This document shows, piece after piece, positions 11,379 to 22,659 of a stretch of DNA of 64,000 nucleotides. Below the pieces are notes generated by a model that was given only the letters and a program-made list of their open reading frames with translations, was not told the DNA's origin and made no database searches. This DNA comes from Macrostomum lignano (Eukaryota): positions 144,257 through 208,256 of the forward strand of contig NIVC01002063.1 in the NCBI GenBank assembly GCA_002269645.1, written 5' to 3'. Positions within the stretch are counted from its first letter, which is position 1. Every line of letters starts with the position of its first letter. The translations under genes were made by a program, and so were the position numbers.

Positions 11379-14300
11379 ATGGCGCCTACTCCAGTATCAG
11401 CCCACGACTTGTCGCAGAAGCACAAACGAGTGGTGAACTTTTCTGCTGGCCCGTCAAAGCTTCCTGATACGGTGAGTCTTCTTGATAATGACAGTCCCCT
11501 CTACAGAAAGTTATGTACGACCTAAAATGAGCATTATAGGTAGGCTTTACTCGTAACAGTGCCTGTACTGGCTGCACATTTATAATAGCTATTTTTAAAC
11601 GCGAGACGAGAACGGGTCAATTCAGGTCAATGTTATAACTACTGTCCTAGTGTCTGTAGGTAGATTAGATTTAGCGGCATAATATTAAGTTACCGGAGCT
11701 GTTCATTAATTTAAATCCAAACAAAAAGTAACTTTTTTAAAATGTCCCATTTGGCGCATATTTGAATTTTTCGATAGGGTTTTATTTTAAATGATTTAGT
11801 TTAAAATCACAAGCTTGGCCCTATGAATGAGTGGATTGAGTAAAAATAACTATTCACTTCCGGATCGGGCAATGCTAGTATGTTTGACGTCATGCACTCA
11901 GACTGACTAGTACGAGTATAGTGACTCCGTGAACTTAAATTATCTGCATCTGACGGTGACGGTCCATGCTTGGGCGCAACCTAGGGATTCACCCGGCCGT
12001 TTCTATTGGCAACACACACGCAAGTCGCTATTGGACAGAATAGTAATCACGTGACTGCTCTCAGCCAATAGCGACTTACATGTGTGTGTTGCCAATAGAA
12101 ACGGCCGAGTGATTCCCAAGGTTGCGCATGTAATTCTGACCAACTCGATATGCAGTTTTCAGTTTTAGATAAGCGTTCTCCCAATTCCCATTTTTGTTAG
12201 AAATCGTTTCACATCTCCTGTCACACAAGTTTCACATTTTATCCGTGACACTGAAAGGTTATTGTTTTTGAAACGAGTTTGACTAATTATTGTGTGCTAT
12301 TTATAGATCTATGGGGAAACGATTAAATAGGGGGAGCAGGGAACGAGATAAAGAGCTGCGAGGCTGGGACTGGGACACTTTGGAGAGAGTCCAGCGAATT
12401 TGAGCTAAAGGTGTGAGAGTTCCAGGCTATCAGAGATGAAAGGGTGAGAATTCCAGAGGAATCAGAGATGAAGGGTTGAGAGAAAGTCCCAGGGGAATCA
12501 GGGATGAAGGGATGAGAGTCTTGGAGGAATCAGAGATGAAGGCTTGAGAGAGAGTCCCAGGGGAATCAGGGATCTGAAGGGATGAATGAATCGGAGTCTT
12601 GGATGAATCGGAGATGAAGGGTTGAGAGAGAGTCCCACTGGAATCAGGGATGAAGGGATGAGAGTTTTGGGGGAGTCAAAGATGAAGGGTTGAGAGAAAG
12701 TCCCAGGGGAATCAGGGATGAAGGAATGAGAGTTTTGGGGGAGTCAGAGGTGAAGGGTTGAGAGAGAGTACCATTGGAATCAGGGATGAAGGGATGAGAG
12801 TTTTGGGGGAGTCAGAGATGAAGGGTTGAGAGAGTCCCATTGGAATCAGGGATGAAGGGATGAGACAAAGGGCTTAGTTTCGTTCTATTTGACAAATGCA
12901 GCTTGTAATTTGCCATTTAATGCCAGGTTCTTCAACGCGCCCAAGAGGAAATGCTGAACTTCCGAGAAACCGGCTCTAGCGTGATGGAGCTGTCCCATCG
13001 CGGTAAAACGTTTAAATCGGTAATCTCCGAGGCGGAGAAGCTCACCAGACAGTTGCTTAATGTGCCGGATAACTTCCGGATTCTGTTTATGCAGGGAGGC
13101 GGCTGTGGACAATTCGCTGCTGTGCCATTGAATCTGGCGGGTGAGCACTGATGGGTTGCTAATCTACTCTCCTCAGTGATCTAATTGTGTGATGGGTTGC
13201 TAATCTACTCTCCTCAGTGATCTAATTGTGTGATGGGTTGCTAATCTACTCTCCTCAGTGATCTAATTGTGTGATGGGTTGCTAATCTACTCTCCTCAGT
13301 GATCTAATTGTGTGATGGGTTGCTAATCTACTCTCCTCAGTGATCTAATTGTGTGATGGGTTGCTAATCTACTCTCCTCAGTGATCTAATTGTGTGATGG
13401 GTTGCTAATCTACTCTCCTCAGTGATCTAATTGTGTGATGGGTTGCTAATCTACTCTCCTCAGTGATCTAATTGTGTGATGGGTTGCTAATCTACTCTCC
13501 TCAGTGATCTAATTGTGTGATGGGTTGCTAATCTACTCTCCTCAGTGATCGAATTGTGTGATGGGTTGCTAATCTACTCTCCTCAGTGATCTAATTGTGT
13601 AATGGATTGCTAATCTACCCGTTCATCACCGCTGCAGGCAGCCCGGGAGCCACAGTGGACTACATTGTCACTGGCAGGTGGTCGGAGTCCGCTGCCAAAG
13701 AGGCAGAAAAGTACTGCCAGGTGCGCAAAGTGCACGCGCCCAAGCCGCACGCTTCTGATTCGTCTGACAGCGAGGACAGCGAAGAGGAATGGTGGTCAGA
13801 GCTGTCTGAGAACGCCGCCTACGTGTACATGTGCGACAACGAGACCGTTGACGGAGTCGAGTTTAAGTGTCCGCCAAGGACTCCGCCAGGTGTACCCCTG
13901 GTAGCCGACATGTCGTCGAATATGATGAGCCGTCCGATTGACTTCAGCAAATACGGGCTGGTGTTCGCTGGTGCTCAGAAGAACCTTGGACCTGCCGGTG
14001 TCACCGTGGTTATTGTCCGCGAGGACCTTATGGACGGCCGGGCCTTGCCGTTCTGTCCCAGTGTGCTCAGCTACCATGTGAGTGGATTGCTAATCTAGCC
14101 AGTGTGTTCAATGAGAGATGATGGTGGATTGCTAATCTAGCCAGTGTGCTCAATGAGATGATGATGGATTGCTAATCTAGCTAGTGTGCTCAATGAGAGA
14201 TGATGGTGGATTGCTAATCTAGCCAGTGTGCTCAATGAGATGATGATGGATTGCTAATCTAGCCAGTGTGCTCAATGAGAGATGATGGTGGATTGCTAAT

Positions 14301-16176
14301 CTAGCCAGTGTGCTCAATGAGATGATGATGGATTGCTAATCTAGCCAGTGTGCTCAATGAGATGTTGATGGATTGCTAATCTAGCCAGTGTGCTCAATGA
14401 GAGATGATTGTGGATTGCTAATCTAGCCAGTGTGCTCAATGAGAGATGATTTTGGATTGCTAATCTAGCCAGTGTGCTCAATGAGATGATGGTGGATTGC
14501 TAATCTAGCCAGTGTGCTCAATGAGATGATGGTGGATTGCTAATCTAGCCAGTGTGCTCAATGAGAGATGATGATGGATTGCTAATCTAGCCAGTGTGCT
14601 CAATGAGATGATGATGGATTGCTAATCTAGCCAGTGTGCTCAATGGGATGATAATGGATTGCTAATCTAGCCAGTGTGCTCAATGGGATGATAATGGATT
14701 GCTAATCTAGCCAGTGTGCTCAATGAGATGATGGTGGATTGCTAATCTAGCCAGTGTGCTCAATGAGATGATGGTGGATTGCTAATCTAGCCAGTGTGCT
14801 CAATGAGATGATTGTGGATTGCTAATCTAGCCAGTGTGCTCAATGAGAGATGATTGTGGATTGCTAATCTAGCCAGTGTGCTCAATGAGAGATGATGATG
14901 GATTGCTAATCTAGCCAGTGTGCTCAATGAGATGATGGTGGATTGCTAATCTAGCCAGTGTGCTCAATGAGATTATGGTGGATTGCTAATCAAGCCAGTG
15001 TGCTCAACGAGATGATTGTGGATTGCTAATCTAGCCAGTGTGCTCAACGAGATGATGGTGGATTGCTAATCTAGCCAGTGTGCTCAACGAGATGATGGTG
15101 GATTGCTAATCTAGCCAGTGTGCTCAACGAGATGATGGTGGATTGCTAATCTAGCCAGTATGCTCAATGAGATGATGGTGGATTGCTAATCAAGCCAGTG
15201 TGCTCAATGAGATGATGGTGAATTGCTGATGAGGACAAATGCATGTAAAAGAAGCTGGATTAAGCGACATTGATAAAATATTAAACTCTTACCCAATTTA
15301 CCCCAACAACAGGTAACCAGCCGCAACGATTCGCTGTACAACACGCCGCCAACCTTCAGCATCTACGTCACTGGCCTGGTGATGCAGTGGGTTCGCGATT
15401 CTGGCGGTGTGGCCCGTATGCAGGAGCTGTCCCGCGAGAAGTCGTCCCTTCTCTACAATTTGATTGAAAATTCTCAGGGTTTCTACTAGTAAGTAGAGTG
15501 AATGCGTTTTTCTTTATTTTTTAAGAACTTTTTAATAGCACCCCTTGTTCCGTTTTTTTAAAATGAATTTTATGCCATAGTAAAGAAAGTAAAAGTTAAG
15601 TTCACGACCTGTTTTCGAGCTTAAGGTCACGACCCTATCTCGAGTTTAAGGTCACGACCCTATCTCGGGTTTAAGTTCACGACCCTATCTCGGGTTTAAG
15701 GACACGACCCTATCTCGGGTTTAAGGTCACGACCCTATCTCGGGTTTAAGGTCACGACCCTATCTCAGGTTTAAGGGCACGACCCTATCTCGGGTTTAAG
15801 GTCACGACCCTATCTCGGGTTTAAGGTCACGACCGTTTATTAAATTCGATTTACAAGCCCAACTCTTGGGGTCAAGTGAAGTTCATGACCCCATCCTGCA
15901 AGTAACTATCACCACCCTATCTCCCGCAGCTGCCCAGTGGACAAGTCATGCCGCTCTCGCATGAACATTGTGTTCCGCCTTTCCGGCGGCGAAGCTCTGG
16001 AGAAGCGGTTTGCCGAAGAGGCCGCCAAGCAGGGCCTGACCAATCTGGAAGGTCACCGGTCGATTGGCGGTCTCCGGGCCTCGTTGTATAACGCTGTGAC
16101 TATTGCGGACACCCGGACTCTGGCCAGCTTCATGCGCGACTTTGCAAAACGAGTCGCTCAGATTGACCTTGCCTAA
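11379..16176 (+). CDS. PSAT1: Phosphoserine aminotransferase, 5 exons, ~389 aa
   Basis: Exons 11379-11471, 12927-13140, 13638-14077, 15313-15488 and 15930-16176. All introns are GT-AG with phases 0,1,0,2. Motifs: [41 protein letters not shown] (PLP lysine), [29 protein letters not shown]. Confidence 0.97.
11974..12127. mobile_element. 154-bp foldback/MITE-like imperfect palindrome in PSAT1 intron 1
   Basis: Arms 11974-12034 and 12065-12127 are reverse complements with few mismatches and one 2-nt indel, around a 30-nt loop. No target-site duplication (TSD) identified. Confidence 0.7.
12400..12866. repeat. Purine-rich degenerate minisatellite (GAATCAGGGATGAAGGGATGAGAG core) in PSAT1 intron 1
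   Basis: Repeated GAATCAG(G/A)GATGAAGGG core at ~29-32-bp spacing, with alternating unit types. Confidence 0.88.
13150..13617. repeat. 41-bp minisatellite filling PSAT1 intron 2
   Basis: Unit GATGGGTTGCTAATCTACTCTCCTCAGTGATCTAATTGTGT. 11 full copies start at 13150 + 41n, followed by a partial 12th. Confidence 0.97.
14056..15230. repeat. 40-42-bp minisatellite in PSAT1 intron 3 (first unit overlaps exon 3)
   Basis: Unit CCAGTGTGCTCAATGAGATGATGGTGGATTGCTAATCTAG, about 29 copies. Confidence 0.96.
15597..15835. repeat. 25-bp minisatellite (TTAAGGTCACGACCCTATCTCGGGT) in PSAT1 intron 4
   Basis: About 9 copies; period of 25 checked (GACCC at 15631 and 15656). Confidence 0.95.
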
Positions 16177-16318
16177 ACCTAGCAAATCAGATTGTTGAAT
16201 GAACTGTCAGCTAACAACTTTGCTCCCGTTTCTTGTCTTCTCTTTCTCTTCTTCAAAGATCTTCTTCAATGATCAATAATGGTTTTTATTTTCTTATGTC
16301 AATCAATATCTGGAACAA

Positions 16319-16334
16319 CAGAGACAGAAAGAGA

Positions 16335-16388
<54 letters not shown>

Positions 16389-16391
16389 GAG
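16319..16391. repeat. (GA)n microsatellite
   Basis: Read directly. Confidence 0.95.
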
Positions 16392-17029
16392 CATTAACTA
16401 ATGCTTTTACGTAGTACTCAGCATCTCATTGTGCGCGTTTGTTTTACTATTTAAATTATTAACGATACAATTTGCGACTTAAATTGGCTTGGCAATGATG
16501 AGTCTAGTGGGAATTTTTCGAACAAAAAAGCCTTACCTGTGCTACTGAAAGTAGAAATACAAAAACATGCATTTGGTTGGAGCCGCCTGGTCAATTTAAC
16601 CGATTTGATTAATTTTCATCAACTTTGCAAATTGAAGAAATTTTGCTATCTAATTAAAACTATAATCTTGTATCATTTTCGGTGATTGCTGCTGTCGAAC
16701 TTTGATCTAATTTTCAAAGTATTTGTACTTGAAAATTTGTTTTATTGATGCGATTTAAATTTGGATAAACTGAACTACTGTGCTTCTAAATAAATGCGTT
16801 TAAATGATTTATTAAGTGCAAGCTGAAGTTGGATCTGCCTCTCGGTTATTGTTTTACCTGTTTGACTAATTGAAATATACAAAAGTACTGGCACCAATTT
16901 CTGTTGTGTCAGGCTGTCTTGAATGATCTGAGAAAAGATTCACCGATTTTAATATTTTCTTGTCGCCATTGAAAGCTGGTTCTAAAATACCACTTTACGG
17001 GCTCGTACAGTTGCATAATAAGAATCACC

Positions 17030-20000
17030 TCTGAACCACTCAGAGAATCGGCCGTGAACCACTCAGAGAATCGGCCCTGAACCACTCAGAGAATCAACCG
17101 TGAACCACTCAGAGAATCGGCCCTGAACCACTCAGAGAATCGGCCCTGAACCACTCAGAGAATCGGCCATGAACCACTCAGAGAATCGGCCCTGAACCAC
17201 TCAGAGAATCGGCCCTGAACCACTCAGAGAATCGGCCGTGAACCACTCAGAGAATCGGCCCTGAACCACTCAGAGAATCGGCCGTGAACCACTCAGAGAA
17301 TCGGCCGTGAACCACTCAGAGAATCGGCCCTGAACCACTCAGAGAATCGGCCGTGAACCACTCAGAGAATCGGCCCTGAACCACTCAGAGAATCGGCCCT
17401 GAACCACTCAGAGAATCGGCCGTGAACCACTCAGAGAATCGGCCCTGAACCACTCAGAGAATCGGCCGTGAACCACTCAGAGAATCGGCCCTGAACCACT
17501 CAGAGAATCGGCCGTGAACCACTCAGAGAATCGGCCCTGAACCACTCAGAGAATCGGCCGTGAACCACTCAGAGAATCACCTCTGAACCACTCAGAGAAT
17601 CGGCCCTGAACCGCTCAGAGAATCGGCCCTGAACCACTCAGAGAATCGGCCCTGAACCACTCAGAGAATCGGCCCTGAACCACTCAGAGAATCGGCCGTG
17701 AACCACTCAGAGAATCGGCCCTGAACCACTCAGAGAATCACCTCTGAACCACTCAGAGAATCGGCCGTGAACCACTCAGAGAATCGGCCCTGAACCACTC
17801 AGAGAATCGGCCCTGAACCACTCAGAGAATCGGCTCTGAACCACTCAGAGAATCGGCCCTGAACCACTCAGAGAATCGGCCGTGAACCACTCAGAGAATC
17901 GGCCCTGAACCACTCAGAGAATCGGCCCTGAACCACTCAGAGAATCGGCCCTGAACCACTCAGAGAATCGGCCCTGAACCACTCAGAGAATCGGCCCTGA
18001 ACCACTAAGAGAATCGCCATGAACCACTCAGAGAATCGGCTCTGAACCACTCAGAGAATCGGCTCTGAACCACTCAGAGAATCACCTCTGAACCACTCAG
18101 AGAATCGGCCATGAACCACTCATTAGAATCGCCTCTGAACCTAAGAGAATCGGCCATGAACCACTCAGAGAATCGGCCCTGAACCACTCAGAGAATCGGC
18201 CCTGAACCACTCAGAGAATCGGCCGTGAACCACTCAGAGAATCGGCCGTGAACCACTCAGAGAATCGGCCGTGAACCACTCAGAGAATCGGCCCTGAACC
18301 ACTCAGAGAATCGGCCCTGAACCACTCAGAGAATCGGCCCTGAACCACTCAGAGAATCGGCCCTGAACCACTCAGAGAATCGGCCGTGAACCACTCAGAG
18401 AATCGGCCCTGAACCACTCAGAGAATCACCTCTGAACCACTCAGAGAATCGGCCGTGAACCACTCAGAGAATCGGCCCTGAACCACTCAGAGAATCGGCC
18501 GTGAACCACTCAGAGAATCGGCCCTGAACCACTCAGAGAATCACCTCTGAACCACTCAGAGAATCGGCCCTGAACCACTCAGAGAATCGGCCCTGAACCA
18601 CTCAGAGAATCGGCCGTGAACCACTCAGAGAATCGGCCCTGAACCACTCAGAGAATCGGCCGTGAACCACTCAGAGAATCACCTCTGAACCACTCAGAGA
18701 ATCGGCCCTGAACCGCTCAGAGAATCGGCCCTGAACCACTCAGAGAATCGGCCCTGAACCACTCAGAGAATCGGCCCTGAACCACTCAGAGAATCGGCCG
18801 TGAACCACTCAGAGAATCGGCCCTGAACCACTCAGAGAATCAACCGTGAACCACTCAGAGAATCGGCCCTGAACCACTCAGAGAATCGGCCCTGAACCAC
18901 TCAGAGAATCGGCCATGAACCACTCAGAGAATCGGCCCTGAACCACTCAGAGAATCGGCCCTGAACCACTCAGAGAATCGGCCGTGAACCACTCAGAGAA
19001 TCGGCCGTGAACCACTCAGAGAATCGGCCCTGAACCACTCAGAGAATCGGCCCTGAACCACTCAGAGAATCGGCCCTGAACCACTCAGAGAATCGGCCCT
19101 GAACCACTAAGAGAATCGCCATGAACCACTCAGAGAATCGGCTCTGAACCACTCAGAGAATCGGCTCTGAACCACTCAGAGAATCACCTCTGAACCACTC
19201 AGAGAATCGGCCATGAACCACTCATTAGAATCGCCTCTGAACCTAAGAGAATCGGCCATGAACCACTCAGAGAATCGGCCCTGAACCACTCAGAGAATCG
19301 GCCCTGAACCACTCAGAGAATCGGCCGTGAACCACTCAGAGAATCGGCCGTGAACCACTCAGAGAATCGGCCGTGAACCACTCAGAGAATCGGCCCTGAA
19401 CCACTCAGAGAATCGGCCCTGAACCACTCAGAGAATCGGCCCTGAACCACTCAGAGAATCGGCCCTGAACCACTCAGAGAATCGGCCGTGAACCACTCAG
19501 AGAATCGGCCCTGAACCACTCAGAGAATCGGCCCTGAACCACTCAGAGAATCGGCCCTGAACCACTCAGAGAATCGGCCCTGAACCACTCAGAGAATCGG
19601 CCCTGAACCACTAAGAGAATCGCCATGAACCACTCAGAGAATCGGCTCTGAACCACTCAGAGAATCGGCTCTGAACCACTCAGAGAATCACCTCTGAACC
19701 ACTCAGAGAATCGGCCATGAACCACTCATTAGAATCGCCTCTGAACCTAAGAGAATCGGCCATGAACCACTCAGAGAATCGGCCCTGAACCACTCAGAGA
19801 ATCGGCCCTGAACCACTCAGAGAATCGGCCGTGAACCACTCAGAGAATCGGCCGTGAACCACTCAGAGAATCGGCCGTGAACCACTCAGAGAATCGGCCC
19901 TGAACCACTCAGAGAATCGGCCCTGAACCACTCAGAGAATCGGCCCTGAACCACTCAGAGAATCGGCCCTGAACCACTCAGAGAATCGGCCGTGAACCAC

Positions 20001-21928
20001 TCAGAGAATCGGCCCTGAACCACTCAGAGAATCACCTCTGAACCACTCAGAGAATCGGCCGTGAACCACTCAGAGAATCGGCCCTGAACCACTCAGAGAA
20101 TCGGCCGTGAACCACTCAGAGAATCGGCCCTGAACCACTCAGAGAATCACCTCTGAACCACTCAGAGAATCGGCCCTGAACCACTCAGAGAATCGGCCCT
20201 GAACCACTCAGAGAATCGGCCGTGAACCACTCAGAGAATCGGCCCTGAACCACTCAGAGAATCGGCCGTGAACCACTCAGAGAATCACCTCTGAACCACT
20301 CAGAGAATCGGCCCTGAACCGCTCAGAGAATCGGCCCTGAACCACTCAGAGAATCGGCCCTGAACCACTCAGAGAATCGGCCCTGAACCACTCAGAGAAT
20401 CGGCCGTGAACCACTCAGAGAATCGGCCCTGAACCACTCAGAGAATCAACCGTGAACCACTCAGAGAATCGGCCCTGAACCACTCAGAGAATCGGCCCTG
20501 AACCACTCAGAGAATCGGCCATGAACCACTCAGAGAATCGGCCCTGAACCACTCAGAGAATCGGCCCTGAACCACTCAGAGAATCGGCCGTGAACCACTC
20601 AGAGAATCGGCCGTGAACCACTCAGAGAATCGGCCCTGAACCACTCAGAGAATCGGCCCTGAACCACTCAGAGAATCGGCCCTGAACCACTCAGAGAATC
20701 GGCCCTGAACCACTAAGAGAATCGCCATGAACCACTCAGAGAATCGGCTCTGAACCACTCAGAGAATCGGCTCTGAACCACTCAGAGAATCACCTCTGAA
20801 CCACTCAGAGAATCGGCCATGAACCACTCATTAGAATCGCCTCTGAACCTAAGAGAATCGGCCATGAACCACTCAGAGAATCGGCCCTGAACCACTCAGA
20901 GAATCGGCCCTGAACCACTCAGAGAATCGGCCGTGAACCACTCAGAGAATCGGCCGTGAACCACTCAGAGAATCGGCCGTGAACCACTCAGAGAATCGGC
21001 CCTGAACCACTCAGAGAATCGGCCCTGAACCACTCAGAGAATCGGCCCTGAACCACTCAGAGAATCGGCCCTGAACCACTCAGAGAATCGGCCGTGAACC
21101 ACTCAGAGAATCGGCCCTGAACCACTCAGAGAATCACCTCTGAACCACTCAGAGAATCGGCCGTGAACCACTCAGAGAATCGGCCCTGAACCACTCAGAG
21201 AATCGGCCGTGAACCACTCAGAGAATCGGCCCTGAACCACTCAGAGAATCACCTCTGAACCACTCAGAGAATCGGCCCTGAACCACTCAGAGAATCGGCC
21301 CTGAACCACTCAGAGAATCACCTCTGAACCACTCAGAGAATCGGCCGTGAACCACTCAGAGAATCGGCCCTGAACCACTCAGAGAATCGGCCCTGAACCA
21401 CTCAGAGAATCGGCCGTGAACCACTCAGAGAATCGGCCCTGAACCACTCAGAGAATCGGCCCTGAACCACTCAGAGAATCGGCCGTGAACCACTCAGAGA
21501 ATCGGCCCTGAACCACTCAGAGAATCGGCCCTGAACCACTCAGAGAATCGGCCCTGAACCACTCAGAGAATCGGCCCTGAACCACTCAGAGAATCGGCCC
21601 TGAACCACTCAGAGAATCGGCCCTGAACCACTCAGAGAATCGGCCCTGAACCACTCAGAGAATCGGCCGTGAACCACTCAGAGAATCGGCCCTGAACCAC
21701 TCAGAGAATCGGCCCTGAACCACTCAGAGAATCGGCCCTGAACCACTCAGAGAATCGGCCGTGAACCACTCAGAGAATCGGCCCTGAACCACTCAGAGAA
21801 TCGGCCGTGAACCACTCAGAGAATCACCTCTGAACCACTCAGAGAATCGGCCCTGAACCGCTCAGAGAATCGGCCCTGAACCACTCAGAGAATCGGCCAT
21901 GAACCACTCAGAGAATCGCCTCTGAACC
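17030..21928. repeat. 4.9-kb satellite of a 23-bp unit (GAACCACTCAGAGAATCGGCCCT), ~213 copies, with higher-order structure
   Basis: Period of 23 checked. Variant units end in CCCT, CCGT, CCAT or CACCTCT. A diagnostic variant block recurs at 18121, 19223, 19727 and 20829. Confidence 0.98.
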
Positions 21929-22659
21929 TTTTAGATAACAAGTTCATCTCCTTACGACCTGGAAAATTGCAATCAGTAAAAAGAAAGTGCACCTGCAAAT
22001 CTCTGACCAGCACTCAAGAGAATAAAATATTTGGCTACGTGAGCGACTCAAAAAAGGCCTACAGTCTGCAATCCCCCGTCATGCCCCACCGACGATTGGG
22101 GCACTCAACCGGAAATTTGACTAGCATGCGGTAATCGATAAGAGCTTAATATTATATTATTAAAATTATATATAGTATAGCAAGTGTTGGGAAGGTGGAT
22201 AGCAGTGGGAGAAACCCTAAGTGGACAATTCATACAGCAAATTGGACTGAATCCTGTTCTATGCAGCATCGAAGACTGACAGACTGTCTGAATTGGCCAA
22301 GTTGAGTAATTTGATCACCCAGTCTCGCTCCAGCTGTTCTACAGGAACAGAGTTCCGCCTCGGGTTTTACCAGGAGTAAGAAAGGGATTAAACAATTGAG
22401 TAAAGAAAGTTTATTCGCTTAAATTCAGGCCTTTGCAGAAATTTGAAGATGAGCGCAAAAATTCTCAGCTCCGTCCACCAAAGTTAGCGTTAATCCTGGC
22501 TTCGTAGAATAAAATCTGCAGTCAATTTTTGTGAAACTTTCTGCTTTTTTCTGCGTGTTCTTTGCGGGGGTGGCTCACCGTGCATACCAGTGTAATTCTT
22601 TGCTTTTTGGCAGACCATCAAGGACCGGATACGAGTTTTTTACTGAGGCCCCATGATTA

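Noticed and set aside
9046-11379. Septin-PSAT1 operon resolved by trans-splicing
   Set aside because: The genes are co-oriented but 2.3 kb apart, with a GC-rich promoter-like island between them. The sequence gives no support without RNA data.
17030-21928. CRISPR-like array (short repeats with a mini-hairpin)
   Set aside because: Units are contiguous with no unique spacers, there are no cas genes, and the context is eukaryotic. The same applies to all other arrays in the window.
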